Positions 1 to 25,885 of a stretch of 64,000 bases of DNA are shown here, one piece after another. This DNA comes from Piromyces finnis finn. Taxonomy: Eukaryota > Fungi > Neocallimastigomycota. The DNA lies in assembly GCA_002104945.1 (NCBI GenBank), contig MCFH01000040.1, forward strand, positions 372,001 to 436,000. The letters are read 5' to 3'. Under the pieces are notes generated by a model. That model did no database searches and was not told where the DNA came from. It saw only the letters and a program-made list of their open reading frames with translations. Numbering within the stretch: position 1 is the first letter of the stretch; every line of letters starts with the position of its first letter. The position numbers were made by a program, and so were the translations under genes.

Positions 1-406
1 TAATTTGCATCTGTTAATTTATATTTTTATCTATCAATTAATATAAATAAGTTATATATATAAACATTATAAATATTATAACTATATAAGTTTATAACAT
101 ATCATATAATATTTATTTTATATTTAATTTTTTTTTTTTTCATTTTTTGTTAGTTATACAAATTATTTATTAAAAATAATCTTACCAAAAATATATTTAT
201 TATTATTATATATAGAATTTTGGTAATAGTAATATTGTATAAAAGACAAGAAAGAAAGGATATAAATAATATAATAAAAAAAAAAGCAAAAAACAAAAAA
301 CAAAAAACAAAAAAAAAACAAAAAAAAAAATAAAGACGAAAGACGAAGAACAAAAAAACAAAAGAAAAAATAAAAAAAAAATTAAAAAACGACAAATAAA
401 TGAACG

Positions 407-407
407 A

Positions 408-457
<50 letters not shown>
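407..457. repeat. (AAAT)n microsatellite
   Basis: Pure AAAT tandem run seen directly, upstream of the LRR gene. Confidence 0.95.
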
Positions 458-459
<2 letters not shown>

Positions 460-751
460 AAAATGAAAATATCAGTAATAAAAAAGATAATGTAAATTTA
501 TTTTAAAGGTTTCCCTATTATAATTATTAATTATATATATATGATCAATACATATACTATTCTATTAAAACTTTAGAATAATGATCATAATACTGCTGAT
601 TTTTTAAATTTAAATTATATATTATTTTATATATTATTTTAATATATTTTTTTTTAATATATAATTTTATATTTTAAAAATTTTTATTATTTATTATTTC
701 TATTTTAAAAAAGTAAAATCAGTTTAAAATAAAAATATTATATGATATATA

Positions 752-3043
752 ATGGTAATTTTATTTAATTAATCTTTATATTTGACGTTTACATTTTTAT
801 TATTTATTTATTATTTTTTTTTTCAATTTTTTTTTTTTTAAAGTCTTTTTTTTTTTTTTTTAATTATTGATAATATAACTATCAATATATATAATACATA
901 CCATGATGTTTTTGCTTTCTTTACATTACATTAGAGTAATAACCATGACCAAAATATAATATCTCAAGATTTTCTTGGTGATAAAGAATTAAAAGCAGAG
1001 GAACTTAAAACAATAGATTTAGAAGAATTAACTCCAAAATTAAAGAGTTTGAAAGTCATAGAGATCAGAGATGAAAATTCAATGTTATCACAATTAATAT
1101 CAAATGCAGAAAATTTACAAAAATTGAGTCTTGAATATAGTAACTTCGTTGAATTACCAAATGAAATAAAAGACTTAAGGAATCTTGAAGAATTGAATCT
1201 CCAATGTAAAAATTCTTTAAATGAAATGTTGGCAAAAGAAATAATAAAACTAAAATATTTAAAAAAATTAAATCTCAGTAGTAATAAATTAACTAAATTA
1301 CCTAAAGAGCTTGGAATTTTGTTTCATATACAGGAATTAAATCTCAGCAATAATTTGTTAACTACATTACCCAAATCAACAGCAAATTTAAGAAATTTAC
1401 AAAAATTAGATCTCCATAATAATAAATTTATTGACCAACCTAAAAGAATAGGGTATTTAATAAATTTAAAGGAATTGTATCTCTCAGATAATAAATTAAC
1501 CAAGTTACGAAAAGAAATAAAATATTTGGTAAATTTACAAAAACTAGATCTTAGTTTTAATGAATTAGCTGAATTTCCTGAAGAGATAATAAATTTAATA
1601 AATTTAAAAGAATTGAATCTCGATAACAATCAATTAACAGAGTTACCAAAAGAGATTGGGAAACTAATAAATTTACAAAAATTAAATCTTAATTCAAATA
1701 AATTAACTGAATTACCAAAAGAAATGTGGAATTTAATAAATTTACAGGAGTTACATCTTTATTACAATCAATTAATTGAACTACCCAAAGAGATAGGAAA
1801 TTTAATCAATTTGCAGGTATTGAACATCAAATCTAATGAACTAAATAAATTACCTAAAGAAATTGGGAATTTAATAAATCTACAAAATTTAGAACTCAAT
1901 GATGTTCCTTTGGAAGAATTACCTAAAGAAATAGGAAATTTAATAAATTTAAAAAAGTTAAGTTTAAATTATGAGAAATTAAGTGAGTTGCCCAAAGAGG
2001 TAATAAATTTAATAAATCTACAAGAATTGGATTTTCATGATAGCCAAATGACAGGATTACCAAATGAAATTTTAAATTTTGTAAATTTACAAATACTACA
2101 TTTTCAGGACACTCAATTAAGTAAACTACCAAAAGGAATAGGAAATTTATTGAATTTACAGATATTGTATCTTCAAGATAACCAATTGACCGAATTGCCA
2201 AAAGAAATAGGAAATTTAATAAATTTGCAAGTATTAAATCTCTGGAAAAATGAATTAATTGAATTACCAAAAGAAATAGGAAATTTATTGAATTTACAGA
2301 TATTGTATCTTCAAGATAACCAATTGACCGAATTGCCAAAAGAAATAGGAAATTTAATAAATTTAAAGATATTATATTTAGATAATAATAAATTAAGTAA
2401 ATTACCAAAAGAAATAGGAAATTTAACAAATTTACAACTATTAAATCTCTGGAGAAATGAATTAGCTAGTTTACCGAAAGAAATAGGGAATTTGATTCAT
2501 TTAGAATTTGTTTATATAGATTACCATCTTTCTATTAGTAATTATGCTTATGAGTATTTTGGTGATACATTGTCATTAAATAATAAGAATTTAAGTCAAC
2601 TTCCCTGTGATATCATTAATGTAAATTTGAGATCAATGAGAGAGCTTGATATAAGCCATAATCAGTTAACAGAAATACCACCCTTCCTTTCACAATTAAA
2701 GAATTTAAAAAAATTAAATGTACATACTAATCCATTACAAACTTTACCTAATACTATATGGACTTTACCGTTATTAGAAGAAGTGATTGTGGATAATAAT
2801 ATAATACCTAATATTTATAAAGAAATTAAATCCACATTTAAAAGAATACAGCTAAATCCTTTTAATGACCAAGATAATACTTTTTCTTACCGTAATAATG
2901 TTACTGATTTAGAAAAACATGTTATCCTAAACCTTATTACTTTTTCAAAACAGAACTATCCATTAACTAATGAAGAATTAATAGAAAATGTTGTTAATTC
3001 AAATAAAATATGGCAAATTCTTTTAATAAAGAAGACAGATTAA
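752..3043 (+). CDS. Leucine-rich repeat protein (23-aa LPKEIGNLINLQxLxLxxN type)
   Basis: ORF 1049-3043 has about 20 tandem 23-aa LRRs, a spacer, then about 3 more LRRs. The frame is open back to 935, directly after a TAG acceptor (932-934). An ATG at 752-754 followed by GTAATT gives a plausible ATG-only first exon (MSNNHDQNIISQDFLG...). The start is inferred; the LRR call is direct. Confidence 0.9.
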
Positions 3044-3936
3044 TAATGATGATAGCAATGAAAATATTGATGGATATTATATCTATTTTTCTTTTATTTA
3101 GCAATACCAAAAAATAAAAATAAATAAAAATAAAGTTAATTTTACTTTATTCAATTAAGGGTTATAGATGATTAATAGTAATAATATATTATTATTATTA
3201 TATTATTATTACAATTTTTTTTAATTTACTTTCAAAATGAATTTCTTTTTTTTTTTTTTTGGATTTTGTTTCATTATTTATGAAATTATATTTTATGGGT
3301 TGTTAAGTTTATATTTGGTTTCATTTTTAATATATAAAAACAATATTTTGTATATAAAAGGGTTATTTTTTATGAAGATAATTTATTTATTTATTAAATT
3401 ATTAAATGTTTTATTATTTTTTTTTCTTTATTCTTTATTCTTTTATTTTATATTTTTATTAAATAACCTTTTTATCATTTAAGATACTTATTGATTAAAG
3501 AAGAATGGTATTACATAATTGTAAAAATTTTATTTATAAAAAAAACTACTTTTTAAATTTTCATTATACACTAAATATAAAAAAATATAGTAGTAGATAT
3601 TATAAACATTATTACATTTATATTTATATGTAAATCATGTTAATTATATATAAATAGAAAAGATAAATGTATGTTCCATTAATTAATAATATATTTTTAT
3701 ATGAGAACTTTTTTTTATATAAAATTCTATTATTATTCATTAACTATATATATATATATTTTTGATTTTTGATACACATTAATAAAATTTAATTAAATAT
3801 ATAAGCAATAAAATAAATTAAAAAAAAAAATTTAATTTCAAAATAAAAACAAAAAAAAAAAAAAATTAGTTGAATTATACTAGTAAGAAAAAAAATCTAA
3901 TTAAATTCAAAAAAAAAAAAAAAAAAAAATAGAGGG

Positions 3937-5005
3937 ATGGCTCTAGGTGTATTAAAAAGTATAGGCTTAACAAGTACAGCCTTAATTGTTATTCTTGTTT
4001 CCTTTTTATATCTTCCAGTTTCATTTTTAGTGAAGAAAGGTGGATTAATTAAAGATAGTTTTCCAATTAAGACAAAATTCCAATTATCTTGTAAACCAAT
4101 TAAAGAACGTAAATTTTATATAATTTTATTTTACTTATATAAATACTATATATATAAATGGAAAGAATAAAAAAAATAATAGATACATTTATATTTTTGT
4201 TGTTTATAATTTATTTTATATAGTTCCATTAGAATGTAATGATTTTGTACTTCATGAAGAAAGTTTAACTTCAATTTACACATGTGGTAAATAATATTCA
4301 AAATCTTCTTTTTATTTTTCATTTAATATTTTATAAATCTTATAAAAAAAATTTATCGTAGTTAATAAATATATATATTTATTTTGTTTTATTTTTTATA
4401 CAGCTCGGGATAATATTATTACTCATTTTAATAAAAATAATATTAAATATTTACCACCACATGTTTATGACATTGAAGTAGGTTTATTTTTTATTATATA
4501 TTATTATTATTATTATTATTTTTAATTATTGAAAAATAATAAATGAATTTAATATTGTTTATGAAAATTATTTAATAGTTGTATATTAGTTTTAAAAAGG
4601 AATAAAAATAATTAATTTTTGTTATTTGTTATTTTAATAACGTAATGTAACATTTGAAATAATAGACTAAAAAGGTTTCAAAGTTAAAGTTAAGAGATTT
4701 CCCAAAAGATAAAAAAATGTATTTTAAAAATGTTAAAATGTACAATTCTGTATCTAAAGATAAGACAACCACTTATTTATATTTCATAAACCATTCTGAA
4801 TCAGGAAATTCTATTGAAAAGTTTGAAGTAATAAATAAACACATACACATATTTTTTATATTTAATAGTTAAGGAATAATAACTTAATGATATAAAACAC
4901 TATATTCATTTCAATTAGTATTTACCTGAAGGTCATGAAGCTGTGTGGAAGAGCTCTCTTAAAAACAATTTAATTAAATATGCTTCAGATTTTGGTAAGA
5001 ATAAG

Positions 5006-5036
<31 letters not shown>

Positions 5037-6004
5037 CATAAATAACATAACATAAATAACATAAATAAAATTAATAATAACATTTTTTCTTTCTTTTTAT
5101 AAAATAGTTCCAATTAATGAAAATGAATTCTATATCATTAACAAATACAATACCAATAATAAATGGTAGATTCATAAGACTTAAACTATATAAAAAAATA
5201 ATATTAATAGTTTAATTTCATATACAAATTAGTAAATTTATGAATTTTTTATTTATTAATGAATTAGGATGCAACTCCTTGAAAATATTCTTATCAAGTC
5301 CGGAAGTAAGATTGTTAGCTGCGATGAAGATCAGTAAGTATATATTTATATATTATAATTTTTATAATTTTTTTTTTTATTTAATAAATTTATATTATGT
5401 ATAATAATAATAATAATAGTTAATGATAAAAATTATATTTGATAATAAATAATATAGAGATTGTAAAGTTGTATACAAGTCTATTAAAGGTGCTGGTGGT
5501 ATTGAGATATCAAGAGATAAGAAAAATGTCTTTGTATCTTCATCTTTCGCTGGAAATATTTTAGTATTTGAAAGAAAGGAACTTACAAACAGTTTAAGAT
5601 TATCATATACCCAAGATTTAGATTTTATTCCAGGAAGATTATTTTATACTTCACAAGGAAATGAAAATGTTTATGCTTTTGGTTATCGTTCAATTCTTGG
5701 TTTAACTAATCGTCTTTTCAATTCATTTGTTAAGAAATATATTAAATCAGATTTTACTATTCAATCTCCTCTTGTTTTAGGTAAATTAGTAAAGAATAAT
5801 GATAAAGATCAATTCTATGGAGTTTTATTTAAATGGAAAACTATAATGGAATTAGAAGGTGAACTTACTAACAGTAATAATGTTGGTGATAGAGATATTT
5901 CTTCATTATCTATTGTTAGAAATGATAAAAAGAGAAAACAGTCCTTTGCTTTGTCTTGGAATGAAAAAACTAGACCATTAGTTTGTAACAAGCTTAATTC
6001 TTAA
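3937..6004 (+). CDS. Paraoxonase/arylesterase (PON)-like six-bladed beta-propeller with N-terminal signal anchor, 8 exons
   Basis: Hand-spliced GT..AG exons give MALGVLKSIGLTSTALIVILVSFLYLP...SCKPIKELPLECNDFVLHEE...YLYFINHSESGNSIEKFEY...YASDFVPINENEFYIINKY...CKVVYKSIKGAGGIEISRDKKNVFVSSSFAGNILVFER...CNKLNS*. Motif order matches PON1 as recalled (SEDL, VVNH, LNDIVAVGPEHFYGTND, ANGINISPDGKYVY). The last exon 5458-6004 is missing from the ORF track. Confidence 0.75.
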
Positions 6005-6604
6005 TTTAAGTTATAAACTTTTAATATATATAATTATCTTAAATTTTATTTTATTTTATTCTTATTTTAAAAGAAATATTTTTTATATATAAATTAATTT
6101 AAAGCAAAAAATTATAATAATTTTTTTTTTTTAAAAAAAATAGAGAAAAGAATACAAATTTAAGTTAAATGTATAGTAATAATAATATAATAATATAATA
6201 ATATATCAACTATTTAAATGATTATTGTTTAATTCAAATGTAAAAATATCATATAACATAAATAATGATAAAAAGAATAAAAAGCAGTAAATTATAATAT
6301 TTTTAGTTATATTATTTGTTTTATTAATGAAAGATTTATAAATATTTTATATTTTTTTAATTCATATATTTTGGTAATTTTATTTTAGTTTTTATAATAA
6401 TAAATAATAAATAATCATGTTATTATTATTACCTATGTGAATGAATGAATGAATAAATAAATAAATAATAATCATAATAAAATGATAATAATAATATAAT
6501 ATAAATAAATAAATAAATAACTAATCAATATCTTTTAAAATAAAACTTTACAATAGTAAAAAGCAAAATTGTTTATATTAAATACGTCTACATTAAAAAT
6601 TAAT

Positions 6605-21715
<15,111 letters not shown>

Positions 21716-22737
21716 TTTTTTTATGTTCTTTAAATATTAAGTATTTATAAAATTTATCTAATAAACTATCTAAAAATTAGATAATATATATATACTAGAT
21801 TGTATATATATAAAGTAAGGGAGTTTATTTCATTTAATAATAATAAAGCAGTTTAAAAAAACAAACTAAGAACTGCTTAAGAGAATGATAATAAAAATAT
21901 TAATTGACTTGATATAATAATATATATTTTTTTAGAATATGTTTTTTTTTTCTTAAACTATATAAATATAGTTTGCTACACAATATTATTTTTTTTCCCT
22001 TTTATTCTTTTATCGCTTTATATTTAATTTTATTTGCTTTTAATTATGCTATTTTAAATAGCTCTTGATACTTTTATTTTCTTAGTATATTAATATTTTT
22101 TTTGTTTTTTATTTTTATCTTATAATTATATATTTAATATTTAAAAAATTATAAATATAATTTAAAGTTTATATTGAGATTTTTTATTTTATTTTATTTT
22201 TTTTTTTAAAAAATAGTTTACATATTTTATTACCATTTCTATTATTCAACTTTAAATACTCTAACATATATAATTTTATAATCTTATATTTGATTAAAAT
22301 TATTACACTTATTTATACTAAATAAAATAAAATAAAAAAAAAAAAAAAAAAAAAAATAGAAAATTTTATAATATATTTTAATAATATATAAATACTTTTT
22401 AATTTTAATACTTTTAATATTTTCAAGTAATACATGCTTGCTTATTATTAATCTCAATATTTTCAATATTACAACTTGCTTAATAATTCTTAAATTATAT
22501 TTATTAATCTTAAATGATAGTATTTTATTTATTGACATTTATTCGGTAATGATAAAAAAATATTTTATTTTTATATATGATTATTAAATGTAATCAAAAA
22601 ACTTTATTTTTTAATAAAAACAATTTAATAAATCTTTTGGAAACAATAATAAAAAAAATATTTATATATATTATATAATATACATGAGGAATACTTACAA
22701 TATTATTATCATCTCTAAATAAAACATTAAATTTAAA

Positions 22738-25734
22738 TTATTCCTCACGTAACGATAGTATTGATTTTTTTGAATTTTCAGATAGTAATTTATTTTTTGC
22801 TTTAACATTTAATAAATAGTCTATAAGTAGGTTATAATTTGATGAGTTAAATTCCTTGATATTATAAAGGGAATAAAATTGTTCAGTTGTTTCTGGTAAA
22901 CACGTGGCTTCTATAAGTGGGGTATATATAGAATTTAATAAAGGTTTACTATTTTTTTTTTGTTTCATAATATTTATGTAATTTTCAAAGAATCTTGATT
23001 TTTTGGCCCAAAATAAAATATTTTTTCCTTTATTATCCAAGAAATCTATGTCAGCGCCATTATCAATTAAATATTTTACGTTTCTCAATGGACCATAGTG
23101 TATTGCTATTGTTAAGGGATTTTGTCCTAACGAATCTTGAACATTAATTTTTGCACCATGCTCAATTAAATATTTTATTGTAGTAAAAGAATTATCTATT
23201 AACTTTGATATTGAAAAGATTTTACTTGATAAAAATGGATATTTTTCATCTCCAAACATGTATAAACAATGCATTAATGCTGTTCTCTTATCATTATCTA
23301 TTGTATTAATATCTGTACCAGCTTCAATAAAATATTGAACCATATGTGGTCTAGAGTAATGTGCTGCAGTAATTAATGCATTCCATCCTTTATTGTTTTT
23401 TTCATTTAGGCTGATACCTTGTTGATGTAAGTATTGTACAAGATCTAGATAATCGTACTCCACAGCTAATAATAATGCATTTTTTTCTTCCAAATTTTTT
23501 TTGTGAATATTTACTCCTGATTCTTTTAAATATTGAACAGTCTCAAAATGTCCTTCACGAACAGCTAACATTAACGCATTATTACCATCTTTATCCGTGC
23601 TTTCTATATTTGCTCCATGTTCTATTAAATACTTTACAGTATTGACATATCCGTTCGTTGCTGCATACATTAATGCTGTTCGACCTTCATTGTTTTTTTC
23701 ATTAATAAATGCACCATTTGCTATTAAATATTCAACTAAGTTAAGAAAACCATTTTTAGAAGCTATCATTAATGCGTTATTTCCTATATTGTCTTTAGCA
23801 TTGATATCTACTCCTTGCTCTATTATATACTTTACAAGATGAATATAACCATATTTATTTTCATTATTATTATTGGCATAAATATCTGTTTGCGCATCAA
23901 ATATATTTTTTTTAAATTCTGTCAAAATATCGACATTCATAATTTGTTCTTCTTCCCTTTCTAATGTTTTATATAATGATAAAATGTTATTTCTACATGC
24001 ATGCATTAACATTGTACAATTGTTATTATCAATCTCATGAACATTCATACCAATATTAACCAATGTTTTAACCATATTTAATGATCCATATGTAGCTGCG
24101 ATCATTAATGCATTTTCCCCACTATTAGATTTTTGTTCAAAATTAATGTTTCTGTTAAGAATATCTTTAACAATATTAGAATAGGATAATATAGTCTTAC
24201 ATAAATATGCAAAAGAGTGATAAACGTATAATTGCCCACCACTACAAAAACATGCATGCATTAATGCATTATATCCTTTATAATCTGTTTCATTAATACT
24301 TTTGTTAACTTTTTCGATTTTATTCATTAATAAGGTGAATATATTATATTTACTATCCTTTGCAGCAAACATAATTGCATTTAAACCATGTTTATTTTTA
24401 ATACTTATATTAATTGGCTTATGGTCAAGGAGTAAATCAATAGCTTCTACACGATTACTTGTTATTGCTATCATTAATGCAGTTAATCCGTTTTTGTCTT
24501 GCTTATTAATATCTGCACCCTTATCTAATAAACATTTAATAGCCTGAATATTACCAAATTGGGAAGCATACATAAGTGCTGTTTTTCCTTTATTATCTTG
24601 CTGATTAGGATCTGCTTTATTAATTAATAAGTATTCTAAAACTTTAATATTATATTTTTTTACTGCAGAAAGAATTGGAAATTCGTCATTTCTACTTTTT
24701 TTATTAACGTTAGCGTTATATAATAATAAACGAGTAAAACAATTAAAATTATTAAAATAAATTGCTTGAATTATGGGGGTAATACCATTATCATTGAATT
24801 CATTTACACTAAATCCTTTACTAATTAATAATTCTAAAATATTCAAATTTGAATTTGTTATTGAATTGCTTAAAAGTTTATATCCTAATTCTTCATCAAC
24901 AATAAGTTTTCTTTTTGTTTCATTTTGAAAATTTACATCATAAAAGAATAATGAATTCAACAATACTGGATCACCAATTGAAACAACAGTTTCATATATT
25001 CCTTTAGTAATACTTATTTTCTCATTCTCATTTAAAATCAATTCATCTAGATTCTTTTTGGATATTTTTTTCCGATGTTTTCTAATACCTATTAATTTTA
25101 TTATAAATTCATTATTGTATAATATTTTTTTAATGATTAAATTGAAGTAATTTATAACATTTTCATTTGTTAAATTTTTCAATAAAAATTCTAAACATGA
25201 TTGACTCTTTTCGATTTTATTAATAGGGGAAATGGTATTAATTTTACAATTAATATTAAAATTTCTTTCTATTAAAAAACTTAATTTATTTTTTGATAAG
25301 CTATTAGTTTTTATCAAGTATTGAACAACATTTTGACCTTCACTATTGATATAATGAATATTTGCATTATTATTTAAAAGTAAATCTACGATTTTATAAT
25401 TCTTATGTTGAATAGCAACAAATAATGGATTTTTACCGTCTTGTATATCATAATTCAAATTATAATACTCAGATATAAAAAACTTAATTAATTCAAAAGT
25501 ACATTCATTTTCAATTGAATAAATTAATGGATCAAAGTCCACATTTAAATGAATGCAATTTTGATTGACTTTATTACTTCTTTTTATTAATGGTTGTCTT
25601 ACTATTGATTGCCTTATTTTTTCTATACAATCATATCCGTACTCATGTAAATTAATATTTTTGTAAATTACATATAATTGTAATGAATTTAAATCATTAC
25701 TATTAATAATTGTTTTAAATTCCTTCAAAATCAT
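22738..25734 (-). CDS. Ankyrin-repeat protein, about 1000 aa, single long exon
   Basis: Many ankyrin repeats (GKTALMYASQFGNIQAIKCLLDKGADINKQD, GRTALMYAATNGYVNTVKYLIEHGANIESTD). First ATG at 25734; the ORF track starts at a TTG at 25740, and a short upstream exon is possible. Confidence 0.92.
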   Translation of the reverse strand: MILKEFKTIINSNDLNSLQLYVIYKNINLHEYGYDCIEKIRQSIVRQPLIKRSNKVNQNCIHLNVDFDPLIYSIENECTFELIKFFISEYYNLNYDIQDGKNPLFVAIQHKNYKIVDLLLNNNANIHYINSEGQNVVQYLIKTNSLSKNKLSFLIERNFNINCKINTISPINKIEKSQSCLEFLLKNLTNENVINYFNLIIKKILYNNEFIIKLIGIRKHRKKISKKNLDELILNENEKISITKGIYETVVSIGDPVLLNSLFFYDVNFQNETKRKLIVDEELGYKLLSNSITNSNLNILELLISKGFSVNEFNDNGITPIIQAIYFNNFNCFTRLLLYNANVNKKSRNDEFPILSAVKKYNIKVLEYLLINKADPNQQDNKGKTALMYASQFGNIQAIKCLLDKGADINKQDKNGLTALMIAITSNRVEAIDLLLDHKPINISIKNKHGLNAIMFAAKDSKYNIFTLLMNKIEKVNKSINETDYKGYNALMHACFCSGGQLYVYHSFAYLCKTILSYSNIVKDILNRNINFEQKSNSGENALMIAATYGSLNMVKTLVNIGMNVHEIDNNNCTMLMHACRNNILSLYKTLEREEEQIMNVDILTEFKKNIFDAQTDIYANNNNENKYGYIHLVKYIIEQGVDINAKDNIGNNALMIASKNGFLNLVEYLIANGAFINEKNNEGRTALMYAATNGYVNTVKYLIEHGANIESTDKDGNNALMLAVREGHFETVQYLKESGVNIHKKNLEEKNALLLAVEYDYLDLVQYLHQQGISLNEKNNKGWNALITAAHYSRPHMVQYFIEAGTDINTIDNDKRTALMHCLYMFGDEKYPFLSSKIFSISKLIDNSFTTIKYLIEHGAKINVQDSLGQNPLTIAIHYGPLRNVKYLIDNGADIDFLDNKGKNILFWAKKSRFFENYINIMKQKKNSKPLLNSIYTPLIEATCLPETTEQFYSLYNIKEFNSSNYNLLIDYLLNVKAKNKLLSENSKKSILSLREE

Positions 25735-25824
25735 AACCAAATAGCAAATTTTAAAAATCTTATTGTTAAACTTAATTATTTAATATCTACAATAATATCA
25801 AACAATGTATACATCAATGTACGA

Positions 25825-25884
<60 letters not shown>
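25825..25884. repeat. (AAT)20 microsatellite upstream of the ankyrin gene
   Basis: Pure AAT run seen directly. Confidence 0.95.

Positions 25885-25885
<1 letters not shown>

Noticed and set aside
150-395. Phe-rich ORFs (150-395, 3237-3482, 22284-22538, 32422-32610)
   Set aside because: Products of poly-T/poly-A tracts in intergenic DNA.
1324-2429. Minus-strand ORFs inside the LRR gene, and similar antisense ORFs inside the BEACH, ankyrin, C2CD3, CUL4, ESF2 and bZIP genes
   Set aside because: Shadow frames of repetitive or biased coding sequence, with no recognisable motifs.
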